Positions 1 through 17,031 of a stretch of DNA of 64,000 nt are shown here, in pieces (positions within the stretch are counted from its first letter, which is position 1; the number at the start of each line of letters is the position of its first letter). The stretch lies in the NCBI RefSeq assembly GCF_009914755.1, contig NC_060927.1; one strand, given 5' to 3'. The notes under the pieces were generated by a model that did not search any database, was not told the DNA's origin, and was given only the letters and a program-made list of their open reading frames with translations. The stretch comes from the human T2T-CHM13v2.0 reference genome, Homo sapiens. A program made the position numbers and the translations under genes.

Positions 1-268
<268 letters not shown>

Positions 269-2258
269 CTACAATGCACCCTTTTAAACCAATTCCCACC
301 AAAAGGGAATGAGATTACCATGAATAGTTTCCTGGATTGGGAAGAGGTCACCTTCTGTGAGGATCTTGCCCAACTCTTGATACCTAATGGGTATCAAGAG
401 GTGGGCAAAAAAAAAAAAAAACAAACAAAAAGATACCTGATGGGTTCTTGTTATCAAGGAAGAAGAGGGGATAGCTTTTGGGTGAACAATGATCCATGTG
501 TGCTACACTGGTCAATCAGGGCACCATGCTGTCTGGGCTATGGTGATTGGTTCAGGATGGACATATTACTCAAGCCAAGCCAATCAGAGTTAGTCTTGGG
601 AATTTTGCTGTACTCACCAGGAAAAGGATCTTAGTCTTTCCTGAAAGCATCGAGGGTAAGAAACAGGACAGCCATAACAGCACCATGGGAACCCTGAGAA
701 TAAAGCCAACACAAAGAGAAAAATGAAGTGGATCCAAGAGAGGGAAAGAGATCAAATCTGGCTGGCTAATTCAGAACCCCTAAATCCAACCTAGGCTGAA
801 GCTAACTCTACCCTTGGGCAGAAAAAAAGTTCCTTTTTGCTAGTTCACCTTGGTTTGTATCTTCTGTTTATTGTACCTAAAAGATTCCTAAGGAGTACAA
901 GTGGCAAACAAGGTAGACAAGCCTGTGCCCTTATGGAGTTCACAGTCAAAACAGGGAGACAGGTACCGGACAAAGAATTACAAGAACAATGTGGGTTACA
1001 AAGGTCAAGTGCAGGGGACACGAAGACCACATAAATAAACGGGCCAGCCTAGTGTAGGAATCGAGAAGAGTCCCTGAGGAAATGTGGTTCAAGCTGAGCT
1101 TGAAAGGGCAATGGCTGTTTCCCAGCATTAGACTCCAATGTTACCCCTGACTTCACAGACGTAGCAGGGGACAGGCACTCACTGGGGAAGCCTGCTCTGT
1201 TTCATTAGGACTGTGCAACTGTTCCACACTCCAACATACCCCTCAGTCTTTCATCCATTCTTCCAACACCCTAATTTGTTCAAAAGCTGCCAAGAATGAT
1301 CAGATTTTTTTCCCCCTGCACTCCTGTAAAAGCCTTTAGTTCCGGAGAAAGACTGTGATTTCTTTCATGTTTAGGAGTGTTTTCTTTTCTTCTTAATTCC
1401 TTCCCTCCCTGTGTAAATTGGAGCAGTCAAATCAGGTCTTGAGGTAGGGAAGGGACCAAAAGAACTCCCAGCCAGGTGCAGGTCATCAGTGAGGCTGAGA
1501 GACACTGTAAGTGGGGAAGCCCTGCAGGAAATATGGACCTCACACTCCCCAGATAGAAAAGTCTCTCAGGCCACTCTCTTCGAACCTCACCCAGGGATGT
1601 TCTCTGGCATCATGCACTGACTCGGAAGGGAGAAAAGCTCTTGGTCCAAATGTCCCAGTGCCGCTGTGAGCTCCAACAAGTCTCTGAGCTTCAATCTCCT
1701 AATCTGCAAAATGGAAAAAATACACACTGAGTCGTACCTGCCTCAGAGGGCTTGGGTGCATCAAAGGTGATGTTGTGAATAGGCCAGGAAGCACGCTCCA
1801 GCATCCAGTCATGATCCACAGTCTCACACTTCCATTCGACTAGGGTCCTCAGGCCCCATTCTCCAGCCCCAAGCACAGAGACCAAATCTCCCAGTTCTCT
1901 TTCTTTGGGTTCCATGCCACCCATACTCCCATCTCATGTCCACCATGACAGCTTCCAGAGCTAGGCCCAGGACACATGTGCTAATTGGAAGGGTCACTGT
2001 TGTGGTTTGCCACCTCAGGTTGGAAGACTTGTGCTCACAGGCTGTCACTTTCATGCTGGAGGCTGACTAATCTGCTCCTTCAAGGGCCCGACTTCACCTT
2101 AATTCCAAAATCAAGGAACTTCCGTGGGTTCTTGGACCTTCGTCACTTTAGAAGCCACCATATATCTATCTGTAATGTATATGCGTAGCAACCCCCTAAA
2201 GCCAACTCCATGGCACATGATGGAAACAGGGCCCATGGAATTGTGCCACCCAGGGTAG

Positions 2259-2631
<373 letters not shown>

Positions 2632-3020
2632 ACCAGTGGGTATCTTTACACAGCAGGTCAACCTTGTAAAGCAATTTGTGTTAGTCTTTAGTTGGAGATG
2701 GGCAGCAGGGTCTGGTCCTGAGACTGAAACCAGCTAGCTGGGTGGCCTTGGGCAGTCATGGCCTCCTCTCCTCAACTGTCCCCACCTTTCAAACTGTTTC
2801 CAAAGCCCTTCAGCCTTTGGAAACAGAAAGGAGATCTTCAGGGGCCTATGGAACCCTGCACACACATCTACCCCCACCTCCCAACTTCAGATAGAGCAGC
2901 ACCACTTTTTAACATTTTACAAGTTGGATTCTGAATAAAAGTTTGCCTGAAAGAAATTTTCCAAAGAAGGGAAGAAGAGGAGGAATAATTAGGCTAGTGA
3001 GTTGGCACAGCCCATTCAAC

Positions 3021-3714
3021 TTTTTTTTTTTTCTTGAGACAGGGTCTCACTCTGTTGCCAAGGCTGGAGTGCAGTGGTGCGATCACAGCTCACTGAAGCC
3101 TTGACCTCCTGGGCTCAAGCAATCCTTACACCTCAGCCTCTGGAGTAGCTGGGATTACAAGTGCATGCCACCATGCCCAGCTATTATTTTTTCTCTCTTG
3201 TAGAGATGAGGTCTCACTATGTTGCCTAGGCTGATCTCGAATTCCTGAGCTCAAGCAATCCTTTCACCTTGGCCTCCCAAAGTGCTGGGATTACAGGCAT
3301 GCGCCACTGTGCCTGGTCCCCGTCCACTTTTTACACATGATGACTTACCCACGGCTGAGAATCTCAGATATATTTTTGTTCTAATGACTTCAAGAAGACA
3401 GTTTTTTCGTAGCAGATGTTGAGTAAAATGGATCCGCTACTTTTTTTTTTTTTTTGAGACGGAGTCTCACTGTGTCACCCAGGCTGGAGTGCATGGCATG
3501 ATCTCTGCTCACTTCAACCTCTGCCTCCCGAGTTCAAGCGATTCTCTTGCCTCAGCCTCCCAAGTAGCTTGAACTACAGGCGTGCGACACCACTTCCAGC
3601 TAATTTTTGTATTTTTTTTGTAGATACTGGTCTCGAACTCCTGGCCTCAAGTGATCTGCCCGCCTCGGCCTCCCAAAGTGCTGGGATTACAAGCGTCAGC
3701 CACCACGCCCAGCC
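3021..3714 (-). mobile_element. Two Alus (AluJ-like 3021-3320; AluS-like 3440-3714)
   Basis: Alu consensus, poly-T heads. Confidence 0.9.
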
Positions 3715-4078
3715 ACTGCTTCTTACCAAAGCACTGAAAGTGGTTCTGAGAGGAAAAGATTCTTTAAAGTGGTGCTACTTCACTTCAGTGTGTGCGTGGA
3801 CCACCTGAAGAGCTGGTTAGAACTCCAGATTCCTAAGACCCCGCCCTCTCAAGGTAGTGATTTGAGTTCAGACTTGCAGCTGAGAACAAGGACTGGCATC
3901 CCCTCTACCGGCCACCAGCTCTCTCACTGGGGCATGCTGGTCAAACAGTCTGTGCCTCAGCTTTCTCATCAGTGAAATGGGTATAATTATGTATATACCT
4001 TAGGATTCATGAGGATTACATGAGTTAGTAAGTGTCAAGCACTTAGAACAATGGCTAGTCCATAAAAAATGCTCAGTA

Positions 4079-4403
<325 letters not shown>

Positions 4404-4974
4404 TTAGTGATATCAGGGTGGAGCCCAGGAAGCTACATTTTAACCAGCAGCCCTGGGTGATTCGAATGCAGATCTATGGCCTGCACTTGAGGACCTCGGT
4501 TCTACAGAACACGGACCAGCCTTCATCATCTATAAGTGATTCCTTTACCTTTCATAAGAACAAGGAGCTAGGGTCTTCTGTCCCAGCCATCTGTGCGCCT
4601 CAAAAGGCAGCAGCTATTTTCCCCTCAAATGGAAATAGCTGGTTATTCCAATTAGACATGGAATACATGCTAATTACCCCCCTAAATCAGAAAGGTCAGA
4701 GAGATGGAAAGAAAAAACTATCTATAAATAATCCCCAAACCCAGAGAAAACTTGTAATGTGTCGTTTCTATGCCTACACACACACACACAAACACACACA
4801 CAGAATTTTTTTATTGTAATCACCCTTTTCCCTTAAATGTGACAGGAACATCTTTCCATGTCAATAAACACAGCCCTGTGATGTTTATTTTAATGCTGCT
4901 CACTATTCCAAAGTGTGGACTTACATAATTTATTTAGCCAAACCCTAATTGTCAGACATTTTGGTTATTTCCTT

Positions 4975-5278
4975 TCTTTTTTTTTTTTTTTTTTTTTTGA
5001 GACACAGTCTTGCTCTGTCACCCGGGCTGGAATGCAGTGGCACAATCTCAGCTCACTGCAAGCTCCGCCTCCCAGGTTCACGCCATTGTCCTGCCTCAGC
5101 CTCCTGAGTAGCTGGGACTACAAGCTCCCGCCACCATGCCTGGTTAATTTTTTGTATTTTTAGTAGAGACGGGTTTTCACCTGTTAGCCAGGCTGGTCTT
5201 GATCTCCTGACCTTGTGATCTGCCCGCCTCGGCCTCCCAAAGTGCTGGGATTACAGGCGTGAGCCCCCACGCCTGGCC
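4975..5278 (-). mobile_element. AluY-like, TSD GGTTATTTCCTTTCTT
   Basis: caagctccgcc/ttcacgcca diagnostics; TSD on both sides. Confidence 0.9.
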
Positions 5279-6039
5279 GGTTATTTCCTTTCTTACAGAC
5301 TGGTAATTGACAATTTCAGGAACATCCAAGTCGCATGTTCCTGTGGCGCCCTGCGTGTTTCCTTAAGTAACCACACATGTAGATTTTGTTCAGTGTTGGT
5401 CTCCTTTGGAATGCAGAACGCTCTGAGAGATCAAGGCTGTGCCTGCCTAAGCCCACCCTTTGCACAGAGCCTATGCAACGAAACAGGTTAGAAATGATCC
5501 GGAGTTTATGCTGTCGATTCAGAGGCACCAGGTGCAAACCCAGCTCTGCCTGCAATTAGCTCTGGGCTGTGAGCAGTGAATTAACCTTGGAAGGCTTCAG
5601 TTTCTCTGTCTGTAAAATGGAGATGGTGACATGGCATCTCATGGGGTCACCCTGAGCAGCCTGCCAGATAATGCATGGGACATCTTACATGGTGCCCACC
5701 ACCTGTTAAGTCTCAGTTACTTACCAAGCACTTACCAAATATTTAATGAACTAAAATATAAATAAATACATTTGCACATTAGTCAAAATTCCTTAGGATC
5801 AATTCCTAAGATAAGAAGGGTTATACTTCTTAAAGACTTTCAATTCATGCTATTAAATTCTCCTCCAGGAATGCTGTGACCTCCACAAAATTCTGGTTTC
5901 TCACTGCCCCATAAGCCCAAGGAGGGGGAATCTGTGCTAATTGTTCCCTCTCTTCGATGAGGGAAAACACAGGAGGCTGGGGGATGGAGGGAGTTCAGTA
6001 CAGCAATTGCTTGAGGTCATTTAGGTAAGGCTGACTTGA

Positions 6040-6372
<333 letters not shown>

Positions 6373-7618
6373 TGAGCCAGTGATGTGGCAGAGAGGCAGC
6401 CACCATTTCTGTGATACATCACATCAGACTTGCCTGGACATTGAAGTCAAGTCTGCCCAAGTGCATCAGCAGGACCCTTAGGCATCTCTATCCTGGACCC
6501 GCAGACCCTGTGCCTGTGGGCAGACAGGCCTGTCTCGCAGAGGGTGAGGGAAATGCCTGGGACCAGCCAGCATCAGCCAGCCCTTTACAGGGAGGACTGA
6601 GGTCCCTCACTGCTGATCCTTTGGGCCTCCCCTTGATCTGGAGCCCAGGCTTCCTTCTGAGGCCTTTCTCCTCCCTCAGCTGTGACTAGCTGTGTCTGTT
6701 TTTCAGCGGCCAATGGCTAATTCCAGGATTACACTTTCTAAGTTGATGTAATGTGATATCCAGAGTGCAAAAGCTTTGCTTCCAGCCGTGAAGCATGGGG
6801 AATTTCTCCAGGGGCTGGAAATCGCATTCAGGCCGTGGAAGGGCATGGGTGAACCACTAAACCTTTTCATGACACACAGCTCCGTAAAAAGTGGAGGAAA
6901 ATCTGGGCTGAGAGGTATAAACTCTATTGCAACATGTTTTCAGCTCCTGAGGAATTGAAAAATCCATCCTTAGTCACGTTCTCTAAATGTGTGGAGAAAG
7001 GACGGGGGACATTTCTTCCAAGCGGTGTGACATTCTCTCCCCAAAATTTCAGCCACAGAGCACATATAGGAAAAGGGATTTGGGGAGCATAAAAAATGAG
7101 CATTTTCAAAAGAGGGAGCTATTTTCAGCAAAATAATTTCAACCCACAGAGTAGCCTTTTTTAGGGGTGTTTTTTTCTTTCTCACTTGAATAATAATGGC
7201 ATTTTCCCCAGTTTTTTTTTTTTTTTTTAAAAACACCTTAGGCATTCAGAGACATGTAAGTCTATGAAAAAGATATTATTAGTAATAAAAATCATAATAA
7301 GAGTCATTTATTTTTATTTTTGTAAAGACAGAGTCTTACCATGTTGCCCAGGCTGGTCTTGAACTCTTGGCCTCAAGTGATTTGTCTGCCTCGGCCTGCC
7401 AAAGTGCTGGGATTATAGGCACGAGCCACCGTGCTTGGCCAATAGTCAAAATTTATGAAGCACCTAACCTGTTTTAGGTAGTTCATGACAGTGTTCATAT
7501 TAATTAAACCTCTATATAACCTTAGCCCTATGACCAAGGCAACATTATCCATATTTTGTAGAAGAGGAAACCAAGCTTAAAGAGGGAAAGCCATTTGGTC
7601 AAGGTAGGATAACAGTTT

Positions 7619-7707
7619 TCTCCCATCCAAGTACTAACCAGGCCAACCATGCTTAGCTTTGGAGATAAGATGAGATCGAGTGCGTTCTGGGTGGTATGGC
7701 CACAGAC
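7619..7707 (-). pseudogene. 5S rRNA pseudogene, nt 1-~90, 3'-truncated, tailless
   Basis: Reverse complement GTCTGTGGCCATACCACCCAGAACGCACTCGATCTC...GGTTAGTACTTGGATGGGAGA matches 5S rRNA; flanked by GGATAACA[G/T]TTTTC repeats. Confidence 0.95.
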
Positions 7708-7721
7708 GGATAACATTTTTC

Positions 7722-8330
7722 CAACCTTTTATTAAAGTGCACCCCAGAAAAATATACACATTGTCAGGAAACAGCTGGATGGATTTCACCAAGTGAACAC
7801 ATCGTGTAACCAGTATCTCAACCAAGAAACAAGACGTCCCTTCCAGCCTCCAACCAAGAAACAGGACGTCCCTGCCAGCCCCTCTCCTGCGCCCTCCCAC
7901 CCCTTAATTCCCAAGGGTGACTACCGCCCTCACTTACACCGTCCACTCACTTTGCCTGTTTTAAAATCCACATCTATGGAATCATACCATGTTTACTCTC
8001 TTATCCGTAATGTCCTTCCTGCAACATGGTGTTTGCGACAGTCACCAGTGTTGTTGCGCGTAGCACTCGTCTTATTCATTCTCGTTGCAGCATGAATTCT
8101 GTGGTGTGGATGCCCGTTCTGGAGCTGTTGGGCCTATGGGTTGTTCCCAGTTGGTGGCTCCTACAAAAGACACAGCTATGAACCTTCTCAGGCATTTCTT
8201 CTCATGCATTTAGAAGGGAAACATATGTTCAGCTTTAGGAGATTCTGCTTTCCAAAGGTGGTAGTCCAATTTACACTCCCATCAGCAGCATCTGAGAATC
8301 CCAATTGCTTATTTGCCTCCTTAGAATTTG
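7722..8330 (-). mobile_element. Old L1M (L1ME-like) 3' fragment
   Basis: Diverged L1M motifs, e.g. ttccaaaggtggtagtccaatttacactcccatcagcag. Confidence 0.7.
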
Positions 8331-8337
8331 GGATTGA

Positions 8338-8628
<291 letters not shown>

Positions 8629-9589
8629 GGAACTCAGGATTGTCTACCTTTTTGTTTTAGCCATTCTGCTGGATGGATGTTGGATATAACTTTTAAGTTG
8701 AGGAATCGGGCATCAAACCCAAATTTTCTAGCTTGGTGCCTGGCCTAGTGCCTGGTACTTGGTGGGTGCTCAGGTGTATTTGCTGAATTAATGAATGAAT
8801 GACCCCAAAGCTCACAGTTGTTCTTTACATTATTCTGCTGTTGCCTCCACCTCAGTCCCAGGCTCTCCACATCACAGGCCCCAGCCTCTCCTAGAAAACA
8901 AACAGCTCAGCAGCCTGATGTAACACCTCCAGTCTCTAAGACTTGCAATCAGTATAAAAGGAAGCCAAGGGGAGCCTGGAGTCGTTGCGGGGGCCAAGGG
9001 CTGTGGAACGCAGGCACAGCTGGGAATGGTGAGGTACCAGCCTGCTGACTGAGCAAATTTCCCATGGGCTCCACCAGCAGCCAGGAGATCAGCAGCCCAA
9101 GTGTTTCCCTCGGCGCAGGCCTGGCTGCCCCACCACTGGGCGAAGAAAAGCCTGTGAAGCAAAAGGAGAAAGGGAAAACAAGAAGGAGGCTGTGCAAACA
9201 GCCTGATCCACCTGCACTAACATCTTCCAGGAGAGAAGGGCGGGGCATGACGTGCAGACGGAGAAGAGGCTCTTAACTCCCTTGCCAGCCCCACAGGTTC
9301 ACTAGGGCAACTTTTTTCAGAGGAAATCTAATAGATTACCCTTCCAATTTTAAACACCCTCATGAGAACAGGATTAAGTATGATTAAGATAATTCTATTC
9401 ATTGGGAAACAGAGAGCATTGCCCAGGGCCCACTGCCCCCCAGTGTACGTGGTCTGAGTGCTTCCTTCCTTTTGCTCTTTCATTATCCTGCTGGCAAAGT
9501 CTAGGAGAGGAATGATAGCAGTCATAGTTAGCACTTTCAAGTGCTCATGTGTACGAGGCCCTGCCTCAAGCACTTTGCTGGAATTTCTT

Positions 9590-9911
<322 letters not shown>

Positions 9912-10049
9912 TAAACTTTGCTAAGATCCTAGAGGGTGGGGACTATTCTTGTCCCCATTTAAAGGTGAGGAGAGTAGAGCATCCAGTGGTAATCTTTAAA
10001 GATCAAACAACTAGTTAGCTATTGGTAAAGGAATAACTCAAACCCTGGT

Positions 10050-10505
10050 GTTCCAAGTATCTATTGCTGTGTCACAAATTACCCCAAAACTTCATGGTTT
10101 AAAACAATGACCACTTGGGAAGGGATCAGCTCTACGGAGGGTCACCCAGGTCATTTTGTGGTCTTCAGCGGGCAGAGGGGCTCAGTTGAAGGATCCAAGA
10201 CAGCTCCTCTCACGGGGCTGGTGCCATGGCAGGGGGTAGCAGGGTGGGCAGCCCAGCTGGGACTGTTGCCTGCAGTGCCCAGGGGTGATCTCCTACAGCA
10301 GTCTCAGGGTAGTTAACCTTTTCACAGGGCAGCTCAGGGCTGCAGAGAGGGGCCCAGGGGAGAGCAAGTGGGGACCGCCTCAGGCCCGCATCCACAGTCT
10401 AGCAAAGCAACACCTCGAGGCTGTCAGAGCCTGGCCAGATTGAAGGAGACAGGACACTGGCCTCTCAATGGGAGAAGGATCAAAGCGTTTGCAGCCATTT
10501 TTACC
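10050..10505 (+). mobile_element. MLT1-family MaLR solo LTR
   Basis: Starts ctattgctgtgtcacaaattaccccaaaacttcatggtttaaaacaa, ends gcagccatttttaccac, typical of MLT1. Confidence 0.7.
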
Positions 10506-10970
10506 ACGTTTTGTTTTTGTTGGATTCCAGAGCTGTCAGCGGTAACCACAAACAGATACTGCTTCACTGGTCTTTGCTGAGCATCCCCTCTGTGCCAAGC
10601 ATCTGACACATTTATATATCCTGTTTTACTCATTCCTAAAAGCAAGAAAGAGAGGGAGATAAAGAAGGAAGGACAGGAAAGGAAGGAAGGGAGAGGGGAG
10701 GAAACCTAGGAGGCACAGATTTCTGCCCCTTCACAGATGAAGAAACTGCAGCTGGGAGAAGTGAAGTCCCTTGTCCAAGACTGCATGGCTAAGTGAGGGT
10801 CAAAGTCAGGACTCCAAGTCCCTGTTCTTCCCTCCTTCCTTCGTCCTTCCTTCTGGGTCTGAAACCCTCCCCCTGGCAAGTCCGTGGCTATACTTTTCCC
10901 AGTTCCCAAACACAGCCCTGGTGTATGAAGGGTGTCCCTGGGGCCTTCACCCTTGCTTAAAGAAACCCCA

Positions 10971-11318
<348 letters not shown>

Positions 11319-12819
11319 CTAAACAGTTTTCTTCTCTCAGGGACAGCTCTGGTTTGTTCAAAGGGAAATGAGTGATTACAGGGGTCAGCTAGGATGGCCG
11401 GAGAAGGTTCCCCTCCATCTGTCCACCCTGAAGGCCCAATTTCCTTAAAACGCTCTGCTGGGACATTGAAACTACAGATGCCATTCAGAAACAATAAATA
11501 TATATGACTCTCAGTGGTTCTCCAATGCAGCGGGCAACTTCGAAGACCTGTATGCAGGACAAGGAAAACAGCTGACTAAAGCAAGGGGCTTTCGGTGCAC
11601 TATCTCTCATCCTTTCCAAGCTGATATACCATGAGGCACAGCCTTTTCAGGCACTTTTTATTGCTGTAATGTGTCAGCCTGGGTAACAGAAAGCAGGCGA
11701 GGAAGGCTTCATTATAAAAAGGAATCTTCTCATGATACTTTAATTCTCTCATTTTCTTTCCTGACAAGAACTCACACACGTACACAAAAATGTGAATTTA
11801 ATTTTGGGCTCTCAAAATTACTGCAAACGTGATTACTTAATCCCCCTTGGTTCAATCTTAGAATGTTGACAATTTCCTGCTAAGATTCTGGAGGCAGCAA
11901 CAGAAAGTTGACAGTGTGAGTTTTGGAGATAGCCTGTCTGCCTCAGCTCTCAGCCCTCAGCAGCCAGGGGAGGGGGGTGGGAGGAGTGGGTAACTTATGC
12001 CCTGTGCCTCGGTTTCCTCATACCTAAAACGGAGAGGGCAGCAGAACCTCCCTCCCAGTGCTGCTGTGAGAGTTAAATGAGGCAAACATGAAGCGAGCTT
12101 CACACAGTGCCTGGCATTTACATAATAAGTGTTCATGCCTATTAAACATTAGCTAATTGCACATCATGATTAAAGTAGCCAAAAGAGTTCAGATATCTAA
12201 AGTCACATATACCATGTGTATAAGGGCATGTCTCTGTGTAAAAATGACCAAGTATAAATGCCTGTCGATCTTTTTTTTAATTAAAAAATTAATTTTCAGG
12301 CTGGTGTTGCTGTAAATTTAAAAATAAAAATAAAAAATAAAAAAAGTATGTATTTATTTAGAGACAGGGTCTTGCTCTGTTGCCCAGGCTGGAGTGCAGT
12401 GGTGCAATCACAGCTTACTGCAGCCTCGAACTCCTGGGCTGAAATGATCTTTCCACTTCAGCCTTCGGAGCAGCTGGGACTACAGGTGCACACCACGATG
12501 CCCAGCTTGTCAATTATTCTTAAACCTTCTAATTATTACAAAACTAATTTGCTTATTGTGAAAAAATGTTTTAAACATAGAAAAGTAGGAGGAAAAACTA
12601 AACACCACCTATCATACAACTACCTTCAGATAAATATTTTTTAACATTTTGGCCCATATACTTCCAATTGTTTTTACTGTGCATAAATATATTTAATTTT
12701 TTTCAGTAAGTACTTGCTTTTTTAATAACTTTTTTCTATTCACTAATGACATAAATGTAGTCCCCTGTCATTAAACATTTCTAGGCAGCATCATTTTTAA
12801 CGGCTGTGTGGTCTTCACC

Positions 12820-13175
<356 letters not shown>

Positions 13176-15104
13176 TAGGATAAATTCCTAGAAATAAAGG
13201 TCAAAAGTTCTCCACATTTTTAAGCTTATATATAGGTCCACGGCATCCTTCCAAAAGGGTACATCGCTCCCACCAGTGGTGAATCAATATTCTTTTCCAG
13301 CCCTGCACATTCCTTGCTCAATTCTTTCGATGATTTTTTATTGAGCACCTACTATTTCAAGCCACTGCTAGAGATGACTAGAATAAGCCTTTTTTCTCTC
13401 TATGTTCCATCTCCAAGGATCTCCTATACTCAACTCTGAGGCTATGGCTTCAATCCAGCCCCTTCATCTCCCTATTTTACTGTCAGGGAAATGGGACTGT
13501 CTGATAAGTGGAACAGGGTTGGAGACAGAGCTCCAGTCTCTGAGACTGCAAAGGGCCCACTCCTTCTGCCCTTCAGCCAGGAATGTGGCAGTCCGAACGC
13601 CCCCTTCCTTACTGCTCTTGTGTCCTCATTGCCTTGATCTGCTTTTCTGGTCCAAGTTTTCTTCCTAAATGTTTGGCAAGAGCTTATAACCCAAACAAGA
13701 GGAAGGTTTCAACTCAAACACCAACATGGTGGTTTAGTAGTGATAACCTGGATCACTGGATTGAGGAGGATTCTGAGGCTATTTCTGAGGCCAGCTGGAG
13801 GATTGCTGTGATTGACTGGTGATGCCTGCCACAGACATAGGCATGGAGACTAATGATAAGTATGCCTGTCAATTCTGTTATTTACTCCGCTTCCAGCTTC
13901 TGCTGTCCTTAGGACAGACCCTCCTAGATTCATGTGCCTTTCTCCTGTACTTCTTTCTTTTGCTCCTTCCTTCTTCATATTCACTCCACGCACTTTCTTT
14001 TTTTGTTTGTTTACCTCACACACGTTTGTCATCTCAGTAAATCTTGTTTTCTATAGATTGCACCCTCCTTGTATGAAGCTTGCCAGGAGTGCTCACTCAT
14101 GCTCTCTGCCTCTCTGCTTCTGCAGTTCATCCATTAAGTTTATCCCCCTCTGTGTTGCCAAAAGCCGTTGGTGGTAAACAACATTCCATGGGCCAGCAAT
14201 TCCTTCTTGACTGACCCACCACAGGAGGGCTGTTTCCCTCAGGAAGCCCCACTGTTTAGGCAAGAGGGACCTGGCTCCCTGAGAGTCACTAGGAAACCAC
14301 CCCTACAGGAAACAAAGCACATCATTTATGGTGCCTTGTTCACGTTAGAGCATTCCCTATCTGTACTTCACAAGCTCCCAGAGACTAATAAAAAGTCTGT
14401 TTTAGAATTAACTCCATGCTGCCCTAGGCCTGTGGATTGCAACAGAAAAACTTAGCCTTATAGAATTAACAGTCTTTGGGCATAGCATTACATTTCCCAT
14501 AAACAGTCTTCATGTACTAAGCACTAGCTATCATCAGACATTGTGCTAAGGGCTTGAATGCCTTATCTCATTGAATTTTCCCACTAATCTGAAAGGTGGT
14601 ACTGTCATTATCCCCATTTTATAGCTGAGAAAACTGAGGGGCAGGGAGTCTAAGTAACTTGCCCAAAATCAGATTCTGCTAGGGAGTGGAGAAGCTTCCA
14701 ACCATGCAGGCTGCGCAGTTACACATCATATGTTAGTCAATACCATGCCTGGCTCCTTGTGTAGGGGTCATGATGTCCCACCTACCCAACAAGGAACTTA
14801 GAAATAATGGAGATAGAGTTGCCATCTGGGAGATAAACCACAGTCAGTACACAATGGATCAGATCAGCAAATTGCAAAGTGGTTCTAAAGACATATCCTG
14901 GCTCCCAGGTCTGTGAGAATAAAGATATTAGTGCATTTACAGAAAAAAATTGTGTCCATCTAATGGAGACTTGATCATCAAAAAGGGAATTCAAAGGATG
15001 TCTACCCAAGCACCACCCAGGAGAGAGGAGAGTACATCAGAGTCTTCTCTGCCTAATTGGCATATCCTTGTTACACTGTTCATTTATTAAGCTATTATTA
15101 TTAT

Positions 15105-15388
15105 TGTTTTAGAGACAGAGTCTTACTCTGTTGGCCAGCACAGTGGTGCAATCATAGCTCACTACAGCTTGAACTCCTGGACACACACAATCCTCCTACC
15201 TCAGCCTCCCAAATAGATGGGACTACAGGCACATGTTACCACATCTGGCTAATTTTTTAAGAACTTTTTGTAGAGACAGCACCTTGCTATGTTGCCTAGG
15301 CTGGTCTCAAACTCCTGGACTTGAGTGACCCTTCCACCTCGGCCTCCCAAAGTCCAGGGATTACAGGCATGAGCCACTGCACCTATCC
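15105..15388 (-). mobile_element. AluJ
   Basis: Diverged Alu dimer. Confidence 0.85.
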
Positions 15389-15871
15389 TATTAAACTATT
15401 ATTTATGGAGCAACTACTATGTGTTAGCCCCTGCACTGGGCACTGTCCTGGTACCCACGGAGCCTGCACCCTAGGCAGGGAGGTAGAGGCAGATTTATCC
15501 TGCATCAAGACCTGGACCCCTTCCAAAAGCCCTCACAGTATGTGCATGTGTGGTCACATGGTTTTGTAGAATTTGCCCATATAAGATACCTCAATGGCCA
15601 TCCATTAAGTCCACTGTCTCCATTTTCATTTCCTCTCTGTATTTAAAATAAATATTCACTTTTGTGCTGACTTAATTTTGTTCCTCTGGAAGCAGCCCCT
15701 GGGGCAAGGATAGGAATATGGTTGGCTTATTTGGGAGGCACAGGAAACACTGGCAGGGAAGTGGGGAAATGAGAACAGGAAGGGCAGACGGCCAACAAAG
15801 GCTGCGTTATCCAGGCAGCTCCCACTGTGGGCAACGGGAGCTTATCCCATGAGGGCCTTTGGGAGACGGCA

Positions 15872-16382
15872 TGTTTTAAAATGTAGGTTTTATTATTATT
15901 TAGCTATGGCAAAGCCAACAGCTCAGGGGATCACTGTCATTGAAAGTTATCTTGTTATACCTCCCAACGGGAGGGGACCCGCCATGCCACAAGGGGCCCC
16001 ATAGGGAAGCACTGGGGTGGGTCAGGAGGCAGAAAGAGCAGGAGGAAAGCATGAGCCATAGCCTTTATTGGGTCTCCATGAGAATGATCGGCCAAGGCAG
16101 GGTTGGCTAGTTTGAATAATTCAGCAGGCTCTGGGGTATAGGGGCTGTCCCTAGTTGTCTGGTCCCTGGCCCCAGGGAGATTGATTGGGCCAGGTAGATA
16201 GTGGCTGGGCAGAGCTCAGTAAAGGTGGTTGGGAGTATGGGCTCTGGACGGGCTGGTTGGGTTGAGTTGCTTACCCTCTCTAGGAATTGGCTAGCCCTGG
16301 AAAGGGCAGTCCCTCCAGTGTCAGCAAGATCTCAGATGTCAAAGCATCAGAAATACAGAAAATAAAAGACATGGTTAAGACA
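15872..16382 (-). mobile_element. ERVL solo LTR (MER54-like) nested in an older LTR16/LTR33-like element
   Basis: Reverse complement begins tgtcttaaccatgtcttttattttctgtatttctgatgctttgacatctgag; TG...CA termini; older LTR-like sequence on both flanks. Confidence 0.6.
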
Positions 16383-16460
16383 CAGGAGAGAACACACACC
16401 TCAGAATGATCCCAAGGAGTCATTGGCTGAGGGCTTCTGCAGGGCAAGAACAGGGAGTAG

Positions 16461-16776
<316 letters not shown>

Positions 16777-17031
16777 TCCCCAGTACTTTTATGGACAAAA
16801 GGCTGGTGATCCTGGCAGCTGAAGTGTCTGGGACATGCTGAAGTGCTAGAATCTCTGGAATATGGGTGGGGCACCAACAGCTCTGCTCCCTATACCTAAT
16901 TTTACATGCATAATTGCACTTTTTTATAATAAAGAATTTTTATAAAGAATTCCTATAAAGAATTCCTCCAAAACTGCTTCTGATCCTACAAAACTGGCTC
17001 TACCCCTATGGGAAGACAATCAGTAACTGAT

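Noticed and set aside
16929-16967. Three ATAAAGAATT-containing 13-bp units
   Set aside because: Ordinary slippage repeat with no spacers; not CRISPR-like
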